This document shows positions 47,780-56,038 of a stretch of 64,000 nucleotides of DNA, one piece after another. A program made the position numbers and the translations under genes. This DNA comes from an uncultured Melioribacter sp. Lineage in GTDB: Bacteria > Bacteroidota > Ignavibacteria > Kapaibacteriales > Kapaibacteriaceae. Within the stretch, counting starts at the first letter, position 1; the number at the start of each line of letters is the position of its first letter. Below the pieces are notes generated by a model. It saw nothing but the letters and a program-made list of their open reading frames with translations, did no database searches and was not told the origin of the DNA. The DNA lies in NCBI GenBank assembly GCA_964484755.1, contig CAZAGH010000004.1, positions 28,170 to 92,169 of the forward strand. The letters run 5' to 3'.

Positions 47780-48910
47780 ATGAAATATTTGTTGTTAGTT
47801 GTGCTGGCCGTCTCTACGGCGGCCAGCACTCTGGCAGCAGCAGACACACTCTACATTCGGTCTTATCAAATAGTAGATGTGTGTTCGAATGATCGGCGTT
47901 GGCTGCTAGCCGTAGACCTTGGTAGAGTGCTTCCAAGCGACAGCCTAGTGTCCTTTGACATTACAATAGGATATGATCGAACAAAGCTTCGGCCAACCGA
48001 CGTTTTAAAAGAAGGGACGTTATCGGCAGGAATGTCCTACGCTCCTTTCCTCAACACAGTTGTGCCAAACGAGATGCGTATCGCAGGTGGTAACATCATC
48101 AAGACTGTTAGTGGAACGGAACCGTTAGTAGCTGTTACAGGCGACTTTCTTGGCGACTGCAACGATGTTGACACATTGGGTTATCCTTGGCCAGCTACGT
48201 TTAACTCGGAATTCAAGAAAAGGCTGACCGTTATACGCCGAGATAGTGTAATAGCAACAGCGAAAGCGAAGCAGAATCCAGAGTCTGGTATGTATGCTTT
48301 GGAACGTATCGTAACAGTCGGCCCAGACGAAAACACCTTCGAACTAAAGGTGAAGGGGGCTAAACTGAAATCCGATAGTTCACTACACCGCTTTACATTT
48401 ACAAGCTCAAAGGCGACTATGGATGTGGTTCAAGTTGGCGGGGTGAAGGGTATCACAGATGTTGATACGACTACATCAGACGAGGACATTGTTGTTACAG
48501 GTCGAGTTGTAGATGCCAGCCCAGAGTTTCTGGTAAGGTATAGAGTACAGAAAGACAATAGGCCCGATTCTGTTACAATCACGTTGCGTACAGAGAATCT
48601 TTCTGAGTGTAATTGTTCGAATCCGGCATTGCGCGACACAGTCGATATCAAGATCAGTCCTACTGTAAGTGTACCATCTTTTGATGAACACGTTGAAATT
48701 GTACAAATACACAACGATGTAGTTACTATTCAATGTGACCATGAAGAGATGAAAACGATACAGATCTTTTCAACGTACGGGCAGCTTGTACAAGCAACTG
48801 TTCTCTCTGCGGGAGATAAATCTGTATCAACATCGAATCTGGCCAACGGTAGTTTTTTTGTAAGAACCACCTGCGGCAAACGACAACACGTTAACATGAT
48901 TTTGAAATGA
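47780..48910 (+). CDS. secreted T9SS-sorted protein with an N-terminal cohesin-like module
   Basis: 376 aa. Signal peptide MKYLLLVVLAVSTAASTLAAA. 'RWLLAVDLGRVLPSDSLVSFDITIGYDRTKLRPTDVLKEGTL' fits the cohesin strand pattern. Tail: 'IQIFSTYGQLVQATVLSAGDKSVSTSNLANGSFFVRTTCGKRQHVNMILK'. Its codon usage differs from its neighbours (uses CGG, AGA, AGG, ATA). Confidence 0.7.
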   Translation: MKYLLLVVLAVSTAASTLAAADTLYIRSYQIVDVCSNDRRWLLAVDLGRVLPSDSLVSFDITIGYDRTKLRPTDVLKEGTLSAGMSYAPFLNTVVPNEMRIAGGNIIKTVSGTEPLVAVTGDFLGDCNDVDTLGYPWPATFNSEFKKRLTVIRRDSVIATAKAKQNPESGMYALERIVTVGPDENTFELKVKGAKLKSDSSLHRFTFTSSKATMDVVQVGGVKGITDVDTTTSDEDIVVTGRVVDASPEFLVRYRVQKDNRPDSVTITLRTENLSECNCSNPALRDTVDIKISPTVSVPSFDEHVEIVQIHNDVVTIQCDHEEMKTIQIFSTYGQLVQATVLSAGDKSVSTSNLANGSFFVRTTCGKRQHVNMILK

Positions 48911-48945
48911 ACAAACATCTGATCAACTCATCTGAGGAGTGTATT

Positions 48946-51900
48946 ATGAATCGTCGTTATGCTCTATGGGGCGGCGGTACCGCAATTGGTGCCGTACTCC
49001 TCCTTGCAGCATTAATCGGCATCGGTTCGACTGTGCTCATGGCACAGACGAACAAGCCTGAGCTGCCAACGCTCTCGTTAACTGGAGACGGAGCAAGTTG
49101 GAAAAGGGAAGTTTATCCTGATGGTCGTATCTGGTCATCAAGCCGCGGTCCCAATGGCGACCGTATGCTCCTCGTTCCAGTCTTCATCAAGAACTGCTGG
49201 CGCACAACGTCGCAGTACGAAGCTTTCCCTATTTACAGCTTCAAGTTCAAGGTACAGTACGATAGTTCTGCACTTGAATATGTTGGTGTAGAGAAGAATG
49301 GCCCACTTCGTGGACCACAATTGACACCGGTATCGTGCTTGGCGAAGGATTTTGAATTCACATCGCACGTAGCACGCGACGTTACTTTCCAGAGCGTTAT
49401 CAATGCTCCAACGCAAAACCGTCTGCGTGGTAAGCGCGTTCTCGTTACTGGTACGTCTTCAAAGGCACTTCCACAAACGGGTGATGTCACGCAGCCATGT
49501 GATCAGCGTCCATACGTAGAGCTTGTGTATTTGCGTTTCAAGGTTGTAGCTAACCCAGCTATCGATCCGGTAAGCTCACGTACACCTGTTATCCTCACGA
49601 ACGACACGTTGTTCTACAACGACTTCCAAGTTGGTAAGGAAATTGTATTCCCTGGTGATGTTGCTCCAGGTGAATTTGCAGGTCTTGGTGGTGTAGACAA
49701 CTACTTCCTCGACAACAACGGTCTCGAGCAGATCCGTGATCCACTTCGTCCATCAAAGCCAGGTATGATCTGGGTTGAAATCACGGATGCTACTCCACGT
49801 TTGTCATTCACAAACGTTGCTAACCCAGCTTTCCGTCTTGTTGACTCAGTAGATCAATCGAATGGTTCACAGTGGTACGTTGTAGATCCTATCACGGTTG
49901 ATTACCAAACACCATACGAAGATCAAGTAAACGGTATCGGTACACGTGACGTTGACGTTATCAATGCTAACGCCGGTACTCGCGCTTACGAGATCATGGT
50001 TCAATCTGATTCAAAGTGGCTCAAGTTCAAGTCGTTTCTCAAGGGTGGCGGCGGACAAACAGAATTGAATCCATTCCCGAATCCAGTACGTGAAGGTTAT
50101 ATCCAGTTTATGGATAAGGCCATCTTGGGCGCTATCGGCGATCCTCTTGGCAATCCTACGACTGGTCAGCGTGACTTGAACCTCCGCATCATTTGCGATC
50201 CAAACGAGCTTCCTAACGGTGATGAGCAAGAAGTTTGTGGTACGTATGTTGGTTACCTGACATTCAAGTCAGCTTCCCTCGAAGTACCTAACGTTCGCCT
50301 CAAGGTTACGTTCATCTACTTCCGTTCACCATATGAGCCAAACGTATTTGACGAGAACGACAACTGGAAGCGCAGCCAAGAGTTCCTTGGTCGTGGTATC
50401 ACACTTCAGGTTCGTAACTCTAACGTTCCAAACGATATCACATACATGGTCTTCGGTGTAGGTAACCGCGCTACAGACGCATGTGATACACTGTTTGGTG
50501 AAACAATCTATCCAAACGCACTGACTTCATTTGGTGCTCGTTGGTATCCAAAGAACGCTGATGGCTCATTCATCTACCAGAACGGTCTTGGAGACCTGTG
50601 GGCAGCTACAGCGCAACGTCCAAAGTCATCTTCACGTGATATTCGTTCTATCTACAGCGACACGACACTGGCTTACACATGCCGTTTCGACGCAGGTGGC
50701 GACATCAACTATCCAATCGTAGTTGCATGGGATACAGATGAGTTCTCACCAGGTTCAGAGCTCTTCATCCGCGACACACTGAACGGTTCACGCTTTAACA
50801 TCAACATGCGTGCCGGTACAGTTCTCGGTGGTACACGTCAGTCATACACAATTCGTGATGCCGACATCAAGGCGTTCGTTATTGAGTACACACTTCCAAA
50901 GGTTGCTCGCTTCCCAGTTATCAACAAGGGATGGAACCTCCTTTCAGTACCTGTAAACCCGTCGTCAAGCTACTGGCGTGATGTGTTCAAGAATGCCTTG
51001 AACATCCCTATTCGCTTTGCCCAGAACCTTTATCAGAACAACGAAACAAACCTCGCTCCAGGCGTTGGCTACTTCGTGAAGTACTCTGACGATGTAGATA
51101 AGACGATCGCTGGTTCACGCATCCGCGCGATCAACGAAGGCAGCTTCCCTACACGTCTCTATGATGGTTGGAACACAATTGGCTCACTTTCATTCCCAAC
51201 TTCAACACAGAATGTTAGCGTTACTGTCTTCGGTAACTCAGGCACATTCCCAGAGATCGTTGGCGACATCTATGGTTATGTAACTAACCGTGGTTATCAG
51301 GCAGTTACAGAGATCGAACCAGGTCTCGGATACTGGATGAAGGTTAAGGGTCAAGCTTACCTCAACATCGCTTCTGGTAAGGGTAGCATCAACAGCGCAG
51401 TTGTTCGTGAAAACGTTGAATCAAACGCAACACGTGTAACTGTAAGCGATGCAGAAAACAATGTTGGTACAGTATTCGTAGCAGCAAAGGGGCTTGTTGA
51501 CAACAAGATGATGTTCGAATTGCCACCAACGCCTCCAAACAATCTCTTCGACGTACGTTTCACAAGCCAAACGAGCGTAGAAGATGAAGCTAACCCAACG
51601 ATCCAGATCCAGGGTGTAACGTTCCCAGTAACGGTTGCGATCAACAATCCTAACCAGAATTACACGATCGTTAACCCAATCTCGGGTGCTGTTCTCGGCA
51701 CTGCTATCGCTGGCCGCGTGAACTCTGTAACAATCTCAGATGCACGTACACCGTACATCCGTCTGATGGGTCAGGAAGCAAATGTTGAAACACTCAGCGT
51801 AGTTGCTACACCAAACCCAGTTTCAGCAAACGGTGTTGTCAATGTTACAGTACCAGCTAACGGTCAAGTAACAGTCGGTCTCTATGATGCAGTTGGTACA

Positions 51901-52047
51901 CTGGTATCAACTCTCATGGATGAAGTAAAGACATCAGGTGTTTACGGTGTTGATCTCAATGCTGCAAACCTCGCACAAGGTCGTTACATCATCAAGGCCA
52001 CAGTTAATGGCGTTACAGCAACAACTGCAGTAACAGTCGTCCGCTAA
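48946..52047 (+). CDS. large (1033 aa) secreted T9SS-sorted protein with an N-terminal cohesin-like module
   Basis: ORF 48907..52047. ATG at 48946 lies 6 nt after GAGGAG. Signal peptide 'MNRRYALWGGGTAIGAVLLLAALIGIGSTVLMA|Q'. 'RMLLVPVFIKNCW...FPIYSFKFKVQYDSSALEYVGVEKNG'. Later, a 'GWNLLSVPVNP...PGVGYFVKY...GWNTIGSL...PGLGYWMKV' module. Tail: 'ATPNPVSANGVVNV..VGLYDAVGTLV...GRYIIKATVNGVTATTAVTVVR' (51793-52044). Confidence 0.75.
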   Translation: MNRRYALWGGGTAIGAVLLLAALIGIGSTVLMAQTNKPELPTLSLTGDGASWKREVYPDGRIWSSSRGPNGDRMLLVPVFIKNCWRTTSQYEAFPIYSFKFKVQYDSSALEYVGVEKNGPLRGPQLTPVSCLAKDFEFTSHVARDVTFQSVINAPTQNRLRGKRVLVTGTSSKALPQTGDVTQPCDQRPYVELVYLRFKVVANPAIDPVSSRTPVILTNDTLFYNDFQVGKEIVFPGDVAPGEFAGLGGVDNYFLDNNGLEQIRDPLRPSKPGMIWVEITDATPRLSFTNVANPAFRLVDSVDQSNGSQWYVVDPITVDYQTPYEDQVNGIGTRDVDVINANAGTRAYEIMVQSDSKWLKFKSFLKGGGGQTELNPFPNPVREGYIQFMDKAILGAIGDPLGNPTTGQRDLNLRIICDPNELPNGDEQEVCGTYVGYLTFKSASLEVPNVRLKVTFIYFRSPYEPNVFDENDNWKRSQEFLGRGITLQVRNSNVPNDITYMVFGVGNRATDACDTLFGETIYPNALTSFGARWYPKNADGSFIYQNGLGDLWAATAQRPKSSSRDIRSIYSDTTLAYTCRFDAGGDINYPIVVAWDTDEFSPGSELFIRDTLNGSRFNINMRAGTVLGGTRQSYTIRDADIKAFVIEYTLPKVARFPVINKGWNLLSVPVNPSSSYWRDVFKNALNIPIRFAQNLYQNNETNLAPGVGYFVKYSDDVDKTIAGSRIRAINEGSFPTRLYDGWNTIGSLSFPTSTQNVSVTVFGNSGTFPEIVGDIYGYVTNRGYQAVTEIEPGLGYWMKVKGQAYLNIASGKGSINSAVVRENVESNATRVTVSDAENNVGTVFVAAKGLVDNKMMFELPPTPPNNLFDVRFTSQTSVEDEANPTIQIQGVTFPVTVAINNPNQNYTIVNPISGAVLGTAIAGRVNSVTISDARTPYIRLMGQEANVETLSVVATPNPVSANGVVNVTVPANGQVTVGLYDAVGTLVSTLMDEVKTSGVYGVDLNAANLAQGRYIIKATVNGVTATTAVTVVR

Positions 52048-52070
52048 GCCTTATCGTCGAAAACAAAGAA

Positions 52071-52098
52071 GGGCAGCAGATTTCTGCTGCCCTTTTTT
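52071..52098 (+). terminator. strong rho-independent terminator
   Basis: GGGCAGCAG-ATTT-CTGCTGCCC stem-loop (52071-52092), followed by TTTTTT (52093-52098), 24 nt after the stop. Confidence 0.9.
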
Positions 52099-52120
52099 AT
52101 TCATAGAAGGATTGATTGCT

Positions 52121-52885
52121 ATGAAACATGTTCTCACCCTGCTCCTGATGTGTTCATTTGTTGCGAGAGCACAACAGGTGGAGATACCGATTGCTATTGC
52201 GAATACGGTGAATGATCAGACAAAGACAGCCGTTCTGACGGTTGCGGCACATCCCAAGGGAACGAACGAACTTGATACTGCTTTAGGAGAGCGTGAGATT
52301 CCTACTCTTCCTCCGCCAGCAGGCGTGTTCATTGCCTATACCATTCCTCCGAGTGCAGAGTATTTGTGGTTAAGCCCCTTAGACGTGCGAAAACTTGAAG
52401 TAGGTAAGCAACACCTCGTTGAGTACACAATTGGAATGACGTGGAACGCCGGCAAACTGGATGTTTCGTGGGGACCTATTCCGAATCTCGTGGACTCTGC
52501 ATATCTCGTTGATGTGGTTTCGGACTTTCCCGACAACTTTATCAAAGTCAAGCTCGAGCCCAATAAGACGTATTCAACCATAAACACAGCAATAACCAAG
52601 CTCAAACTCTTGGTTTGGTACAATGCTACATCGCTTAACGTCGCAGAGGATGCATCATCATTACGCTTGTATCCTGTGCCGTTTGACGAAGAGCTCATTG
52701 TTGAAGGGGCCAGTATTGGCTCAATTTTCAACGTGGTAGATGTTTCTGGTTCCGTAATTTTTACCGGTACCATAGACCAACAGCGACAGATAATTCGCAC
52801 AGCTGAGTTGCCAACTGGAATGTACGCGTTGCAATTGCGGAATCACGACGGCTCTGTCGTAACAAGAAAACTTCTACGCCGATAA
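52121..52885 (+). CDS. small secreted T9SS-sorted protein
   Basis: ORF 52112..52885, ATG at 52121. Signal peptide MKHVLTLLLMCSFVARA|QQ. Tail: 'LRLYPVPFDEELIVEG..FNVVDVSGSVIFTG...PTGMYALQLRNHDGSVVTRKLLRR' (52661-52882). Confidence 0.7.
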   Translation: MKHVLTLLLMCSFVARAQQVEIPIAIANTVNDQTKTAVLTVAAHPKGTNELDTALGEREIPTLPPPAGVFIAYTIPPSAEYLWLSPLDVRKLEVGKQHLVEYTIGMTWNAGKLDVSWGPIPNLVDSAYLVDVVSDFPDNFIKVKLEPNKTYSTINTAITKLKLLVWYNATSLNVAEDASSLRLYPVPFDEELIVEGASIGSIFNVVDVSGSVIFTGTIDQQRQIIRTAELPTGMYALQLRNHDGSVVTRKLLRR

Positions 52886-52903
52886 CTCGGCCATAATACT
52901 CCT

Positions 52904-53953
52904 ATGAGCGAAGAGAGAGAACAGCGGCCACGGTCGCAGAATCCACATAGAAGAAGACCTCCACATTGGCGTCCTTCTGGCAATCGACAAGAGCGCACCG
53001 AGTCATCGAGGAATGTATCCGGTTCTGTTTCCGTCGTCATTCCTCTCCTAAACGAGGAAGAGTCTCTACCAGAACTATCGCGTCAACTCGAGTCAGTACT
53101 CGAACGCATCGCGCGTGGACGCTATGAAGTGATTTTCATTGACGATGGATCGACCGATGGTTCATACAATGTGATCAAGGATATCCATGCTCGTAATAAG
53201 AGGTTCAAGGCAATCCGCTTTCGTACGAACCATGGGAAGTCAGCGGCACTCGCCGTAGGCTTCGAAGAGGCCTCGGGAGACTTCGTCATTACCATGGATG
53301 CGGACCTTCAGGACGACCCTAACGAGATACCTGCACTGATCGCAAAACTTGAAGAAGGGTATGATCTTGTTTCCGGTTGGAAACGCAAGAGATATGACCC
53401 ATGGCACAAGACGTTGCCCTCGAAGTTGTTCAATGCGGTAACGTCGAAGATGAGTGGACTCAAACTGCACGACTTCAATTGTGGATTGAAGGCATATCGC
53501 GGTGAGGTTACGAAGACTGTTCAAGTGTATGGCGAAATGCACCGATACATTCCAGCTCTCGCACACTGGGAAGGATTCCGTGTAACGGAGTTGCCCGTGC
53601 AGCACAAAGCCCGCCAATTTGGCGTGTCTAAGTTTGGGATGAGCCGTTTCCTCAAGGGCTATCTGGATTTATTGACGGTGATGTTCACAACGCGCTACAT
53701 CAAGCGTCCGCTACACTTTTTCGGGGCAGTGGGTTCGTTGTTTGCCGTCCTCGGTTTTTCAACCGATCTCTACCTGGTCATTGAAAAATGGGTGTTTCAA
53801 ACACCATTTAGCCAGCGACCATTTCTGTTGCTCTTTGGTATCGCGATGATCATAGTGGGCGTACAGCTCATTTCAATTGGCCTCGTTGGCGAATTGATCG
53901 TCAAGAACAACCTAAGTCAACAACGCTTTAGTATTCGTGAGCGACTTACGTAA
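52904..53953 (+). CDS. family 2 glycosyltransferase, polyprenyl-phosphate sugar transferase type (GtrB/ArnC/DPM1-like), with an Arg-rich N-terminal extension
   Basis: 349 aa. 'VSVVIPLLNEEESLPEL', 'FIDDGSTDGS', 'MDADLQDDP' (DxD). Two C-terminal TM helices, 'FFGAVGSLFAVLGF' and 'LLLFGIAMIIVGVQLISIGLVGELI'. N-terminal extension: 'MSEEREQRPRSQNPHRRRPPHWRPSGNRQERTE'. Confidence 0.85.
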   Translation: MSEEREQRPRSQNPHRRRPPHWRPSGNRQERTESSRNVSGSVSVVIPLLNEEESLPELSRQLESVLERIARGRYEVIFIDDGSTDGSYNVIKDIHARNKRFKAIRFRTNHGKSAALAVGFEEASGDFVITMDADLQDDPNEIPALIAKLEEGYDLVSGWKRKRYDPWHKTLPSKLFNAVTSKMSGLKLHDFNCGLKAYRGEVTKTVQVYGEMHRYIPALAHWEGFRVTELPVQHKARQFGVSKFGMSRFLKGYLDLLTVMFTTRYIKRPLHFFGAVGSLFAVLGFSTDLYLVIEKWVFQTPFSQRPFLLLFGIAMIIVGVQLISIGLVGELIVKNNLSQQRFSIRERLT

Positions 53954-53990
53954 CGAAAAGCCCCTTGCCGACTTTTTACCGGTAATACCT

Positions 53991-54764
53991 ATGAACACTC
54001 AGCGTATCACTCACTTCTTGACCCTTCTTGTAATCTTTGCTGTTGCAGCGTCAACATCAATGGCGCAGGTGCGATTTCGCATAGCCTCGGGATTGTCTAC
54101 CGACTGGATCACGAACGATAATCCTGCCGTGTATGCTCTTACAGGATCAACGGACACTACACAGGCGAACCGTCCTTTTGGCGGTGCGTTCGATGGCGCG
54201 CAAGTTGGCTGGGGACTACGCGGATATGTTGACCTTGATAAGCAGAAGACATTTCGCATTCCGGTTGGCGTTGATGTATTCTACTACAACGGCGCTCAAA
54301 GTGTTGTTGGACCCAACTACAAGTTCCGCGTCGAGCACTCAAACACACTGATCTCATCGTTCACAGGTTTTGAGTGGTCCTTCGTTGAGTTTCCCCTCGC
54401 TTTTGCCAGGGCCTATGTAGGGGGCGAGGCACGCTTTCTTTATGTCAATGCAAACACGATCACGTCTGAAGGCACCAACATCATCAATGGTGAAGCCTTT
54501 AACTACTCGAACTCATTTTCAGGTAAGTCTTCGGCATTTCGCGTAGGTGCGATGGCCCGACTGGGCATCGAAGGCGAGATCTATTATCCTGTGTTTCTGA
54601 ACACAAGTGTTGGATATGGTTTTATGAATCTCTTGGGCCGCGACAACCGATCAAGCGCTCAAGGTGGACGTGGCGAATTGCTAACTGCACGCCCCATCAA
54701 TGAAGCAGGAGAGGGCATGCTGACGCACCTCAACTTTGCATTCATGATTCAGATTCGCATCTGA
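53991..54764 (+). CDS. outer-membrane beta-barrel protein
   Basis: ORF 53937..54764, ATG at 53991. Signal peptide 'MNTQRITHFLTLLVIFAVAASTSMA|Q'. Alternating beta-strand pattern: 'GLRGYVDLD', 'FRIPVGVDVFYY', 'ARFLYVNA', 'FRVGAMARLGIEGEIYY'. Confidence 0.6.
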   Translation: MNTQRITHFLTLLVIFAVAASTSMAQVRFRIASGLSTDWITNDNPAVYALTGSTDTTQANRPFGGAFDGAQVGWGLRGYVDLDKQKTFRIPVGVDVFYYNGAQSVVGPNYKFRVEHSNTLISSFTGFEWSFVEFPLAFARAYVGGEARFLYVNANTITSEGTNIINGEAFNYSNSFSGKSSAFRVGAMARLGIEGEIYYPVFLNTSVGYGFMNLLGRDNRSSAQGGRGELLTARPINEAGEGMLTHLNFAFMIQIRI

Positions 54765-54783
54765 CGGCTACAACAACAATCCT

Positions 54784-55005
54784 ATGAGTGCAGACGAATC
54801 GTCAGAGTACAAACAATTCGAGCTTCACGACGAGGTGTGGAGACAGCATGGACTTGCTGCGCCCGCGCGTAGGGCGTTGGTTGGTGCCGGTATCTACAAC
54901 GAAAAGCACCTTCGCATGCACACACTTGATGAGCTGCGGTTGCTCCATGGGATCGGCAAAAAGGCGCTCGAACAGCTTGAGGCAATCATCAACCTCGCAA
55001 AGTAG
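54784..55005 (+). CDS. small stand-alone (HhH)2 protein resembling the RNA polymerase alpha C-terminal domain
   Basis: 73 aa. 'LAAPARRALVGAGIYNEKHLRMHTLDELRLLHGIGKKALEQLEAII' shows two helix-hairpin-helix units in the alpha-CTD arrangement (L-s-x-R-a-x-N-x-L...G-I-G-K-K-a-L-x-E-h). There is no clear SD. Competing out-of-frame ORFs look non-protein-like. Confidence 0.5.
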   Translation: MSADESSEYKQFELHDEVWRQHGLAAPARRALVGAGIYNEKHLRMHTLDELRLLHGIGKKALEQLEAIINLAK

Positions 55006-55010
55006 CAGAC

Positions 55011-56012
55011 CTACTTGTAGAGCGTGTTCTCAAAAGCCCCCTGCTCTGGCTTGTTGAGAATAATTCTCCAAATGATCCCCCGGATGAATCCCGTCCCGTA
55101 ACTGATCAGCTGCACATAGGCTGCAGCGATACATCGCAACCCGAGAAGGGGCGAGCGGTACTTAATACTGCCCTCTAAAAACACGCCAACAGTATAGACA
55201 CCCGGCACCAGCAGTGCGATCCAGCCATGCTCAACGGTGAGGGCCATATACGTAGCTATGACTAGTAACATTGTGAACGCGGCAGGGAAGAAGTGCGTGA
55301 GTTTAAGTGTGTTCGGGTGACGCAACGTGATGTTGATGCGGGCGATGCCGCTGTTATGCACCTGCTTGAAGAACTTCTTGAGATCCGTCCGACGCTTGTG
55401 ATAGACCCATGCGTCGGGTATGAGTTGGACATTGTATCCGCCCTTCATCATGCGGATAGAGAACTCAACGTCTTCACCGAAACGCATCTTCGAAAACCCG
55501 TCGGTGTCGTTGAAGATCTCGCGCGAGATTCCCATGTTGAATGAGCGGGGGTGAAACGCGCCCCCTACCCGAACCTTGCTGCCACGGATACCCCCAGTTG
55601 TCAACAACGAGGTCATGGCATAGCTGATGGCCTTCTGCGTTGGGGTAAACGACTCATGCTCTCTGTCGGGTCCACCAAATGCATCGAGCTTCTTGGACGT
55701 TACCGCATCGTCGATCGCCTGCATGTAGTGCGGAGGCACAGTGCAGTCGGAATCGATGAACATGAAATAGTCGCCTGATGCTCGGCGGCAGCCATAATTC
55801 CGTGACGGACCCGGACCTGAGTTGTCCTTTACGAAGTACGAAATGGCCAAGCGGCCTGAGTACTCACCACAAACAGACTTCGACGGAACAGTCGATCCGT
55901 CCTCAACGATCACGACCTCAAAATCCGTGAACGTCTGGGCAGTCAGGCTCTCGAGAAGCTCCCGCAATTCGTCGGGACGGTTGTAGACGGCAACTATGAT
56001 TGAGTACTTCAT
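55011..56012 (-). CDS. family 2 glycosyltransferase with a C-terminal membrane domain
   Basis: 333 aa. 'YSIIVAVYNRPDELRELLESL', 'VVIVEDGST', 'FIDSDC' (DxD). Hydrophobic C-terminal segments: 'FFPAAFTMLLVIATYMAL' and 'ALLVPGVYTVGVFL'. Confidence 0.85.
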   Translation of the reverse strand: MKYSIIVAVYNRPDELRELLESLTAQTFTDFEVVIVEDGSTVPSKSVCGEYSGRLAISYFVKDNSGPGPSRNYGCRRASGDYFMFIDSDCTVPPHYMQAIDDAVTSKKLDAFGGPDREHESFTPTQKAISYAMTSLLTTGGIRGSKVRVGGAFHPRSFNMGISREIFNDTDGFSKMRFGEDVEFSIRMMKGGYNVQLIPDAWVYHKRRTDLKKFFKQVHNSGIARINITLRHPNTLKLTHFFPAAFTMLLVIATYMALTVEHGWIALLVPGVYTVGVFLEGSIKYRSPLLGLRCIAAAYVQLISYGTGFIRGIIWRIILNKPEQGAFENTLYK

Positions 56013-56038
56013 GGGTAGGACACAAAGATACGCGTGAT

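Noticed and set aside
54788-55057. An alternative 89-aa plus-strand ORF and a 67-aa minus-strand ORF overlapping the HhH mini-protein.
   Set aside because: Their translations are Ser/Cys/Arg-rich low-complexity strings. The 54784 frame gives a recognisable (HhH)2 fold pattern. The 54788 ORF would also run into the convergent GT2 gene.
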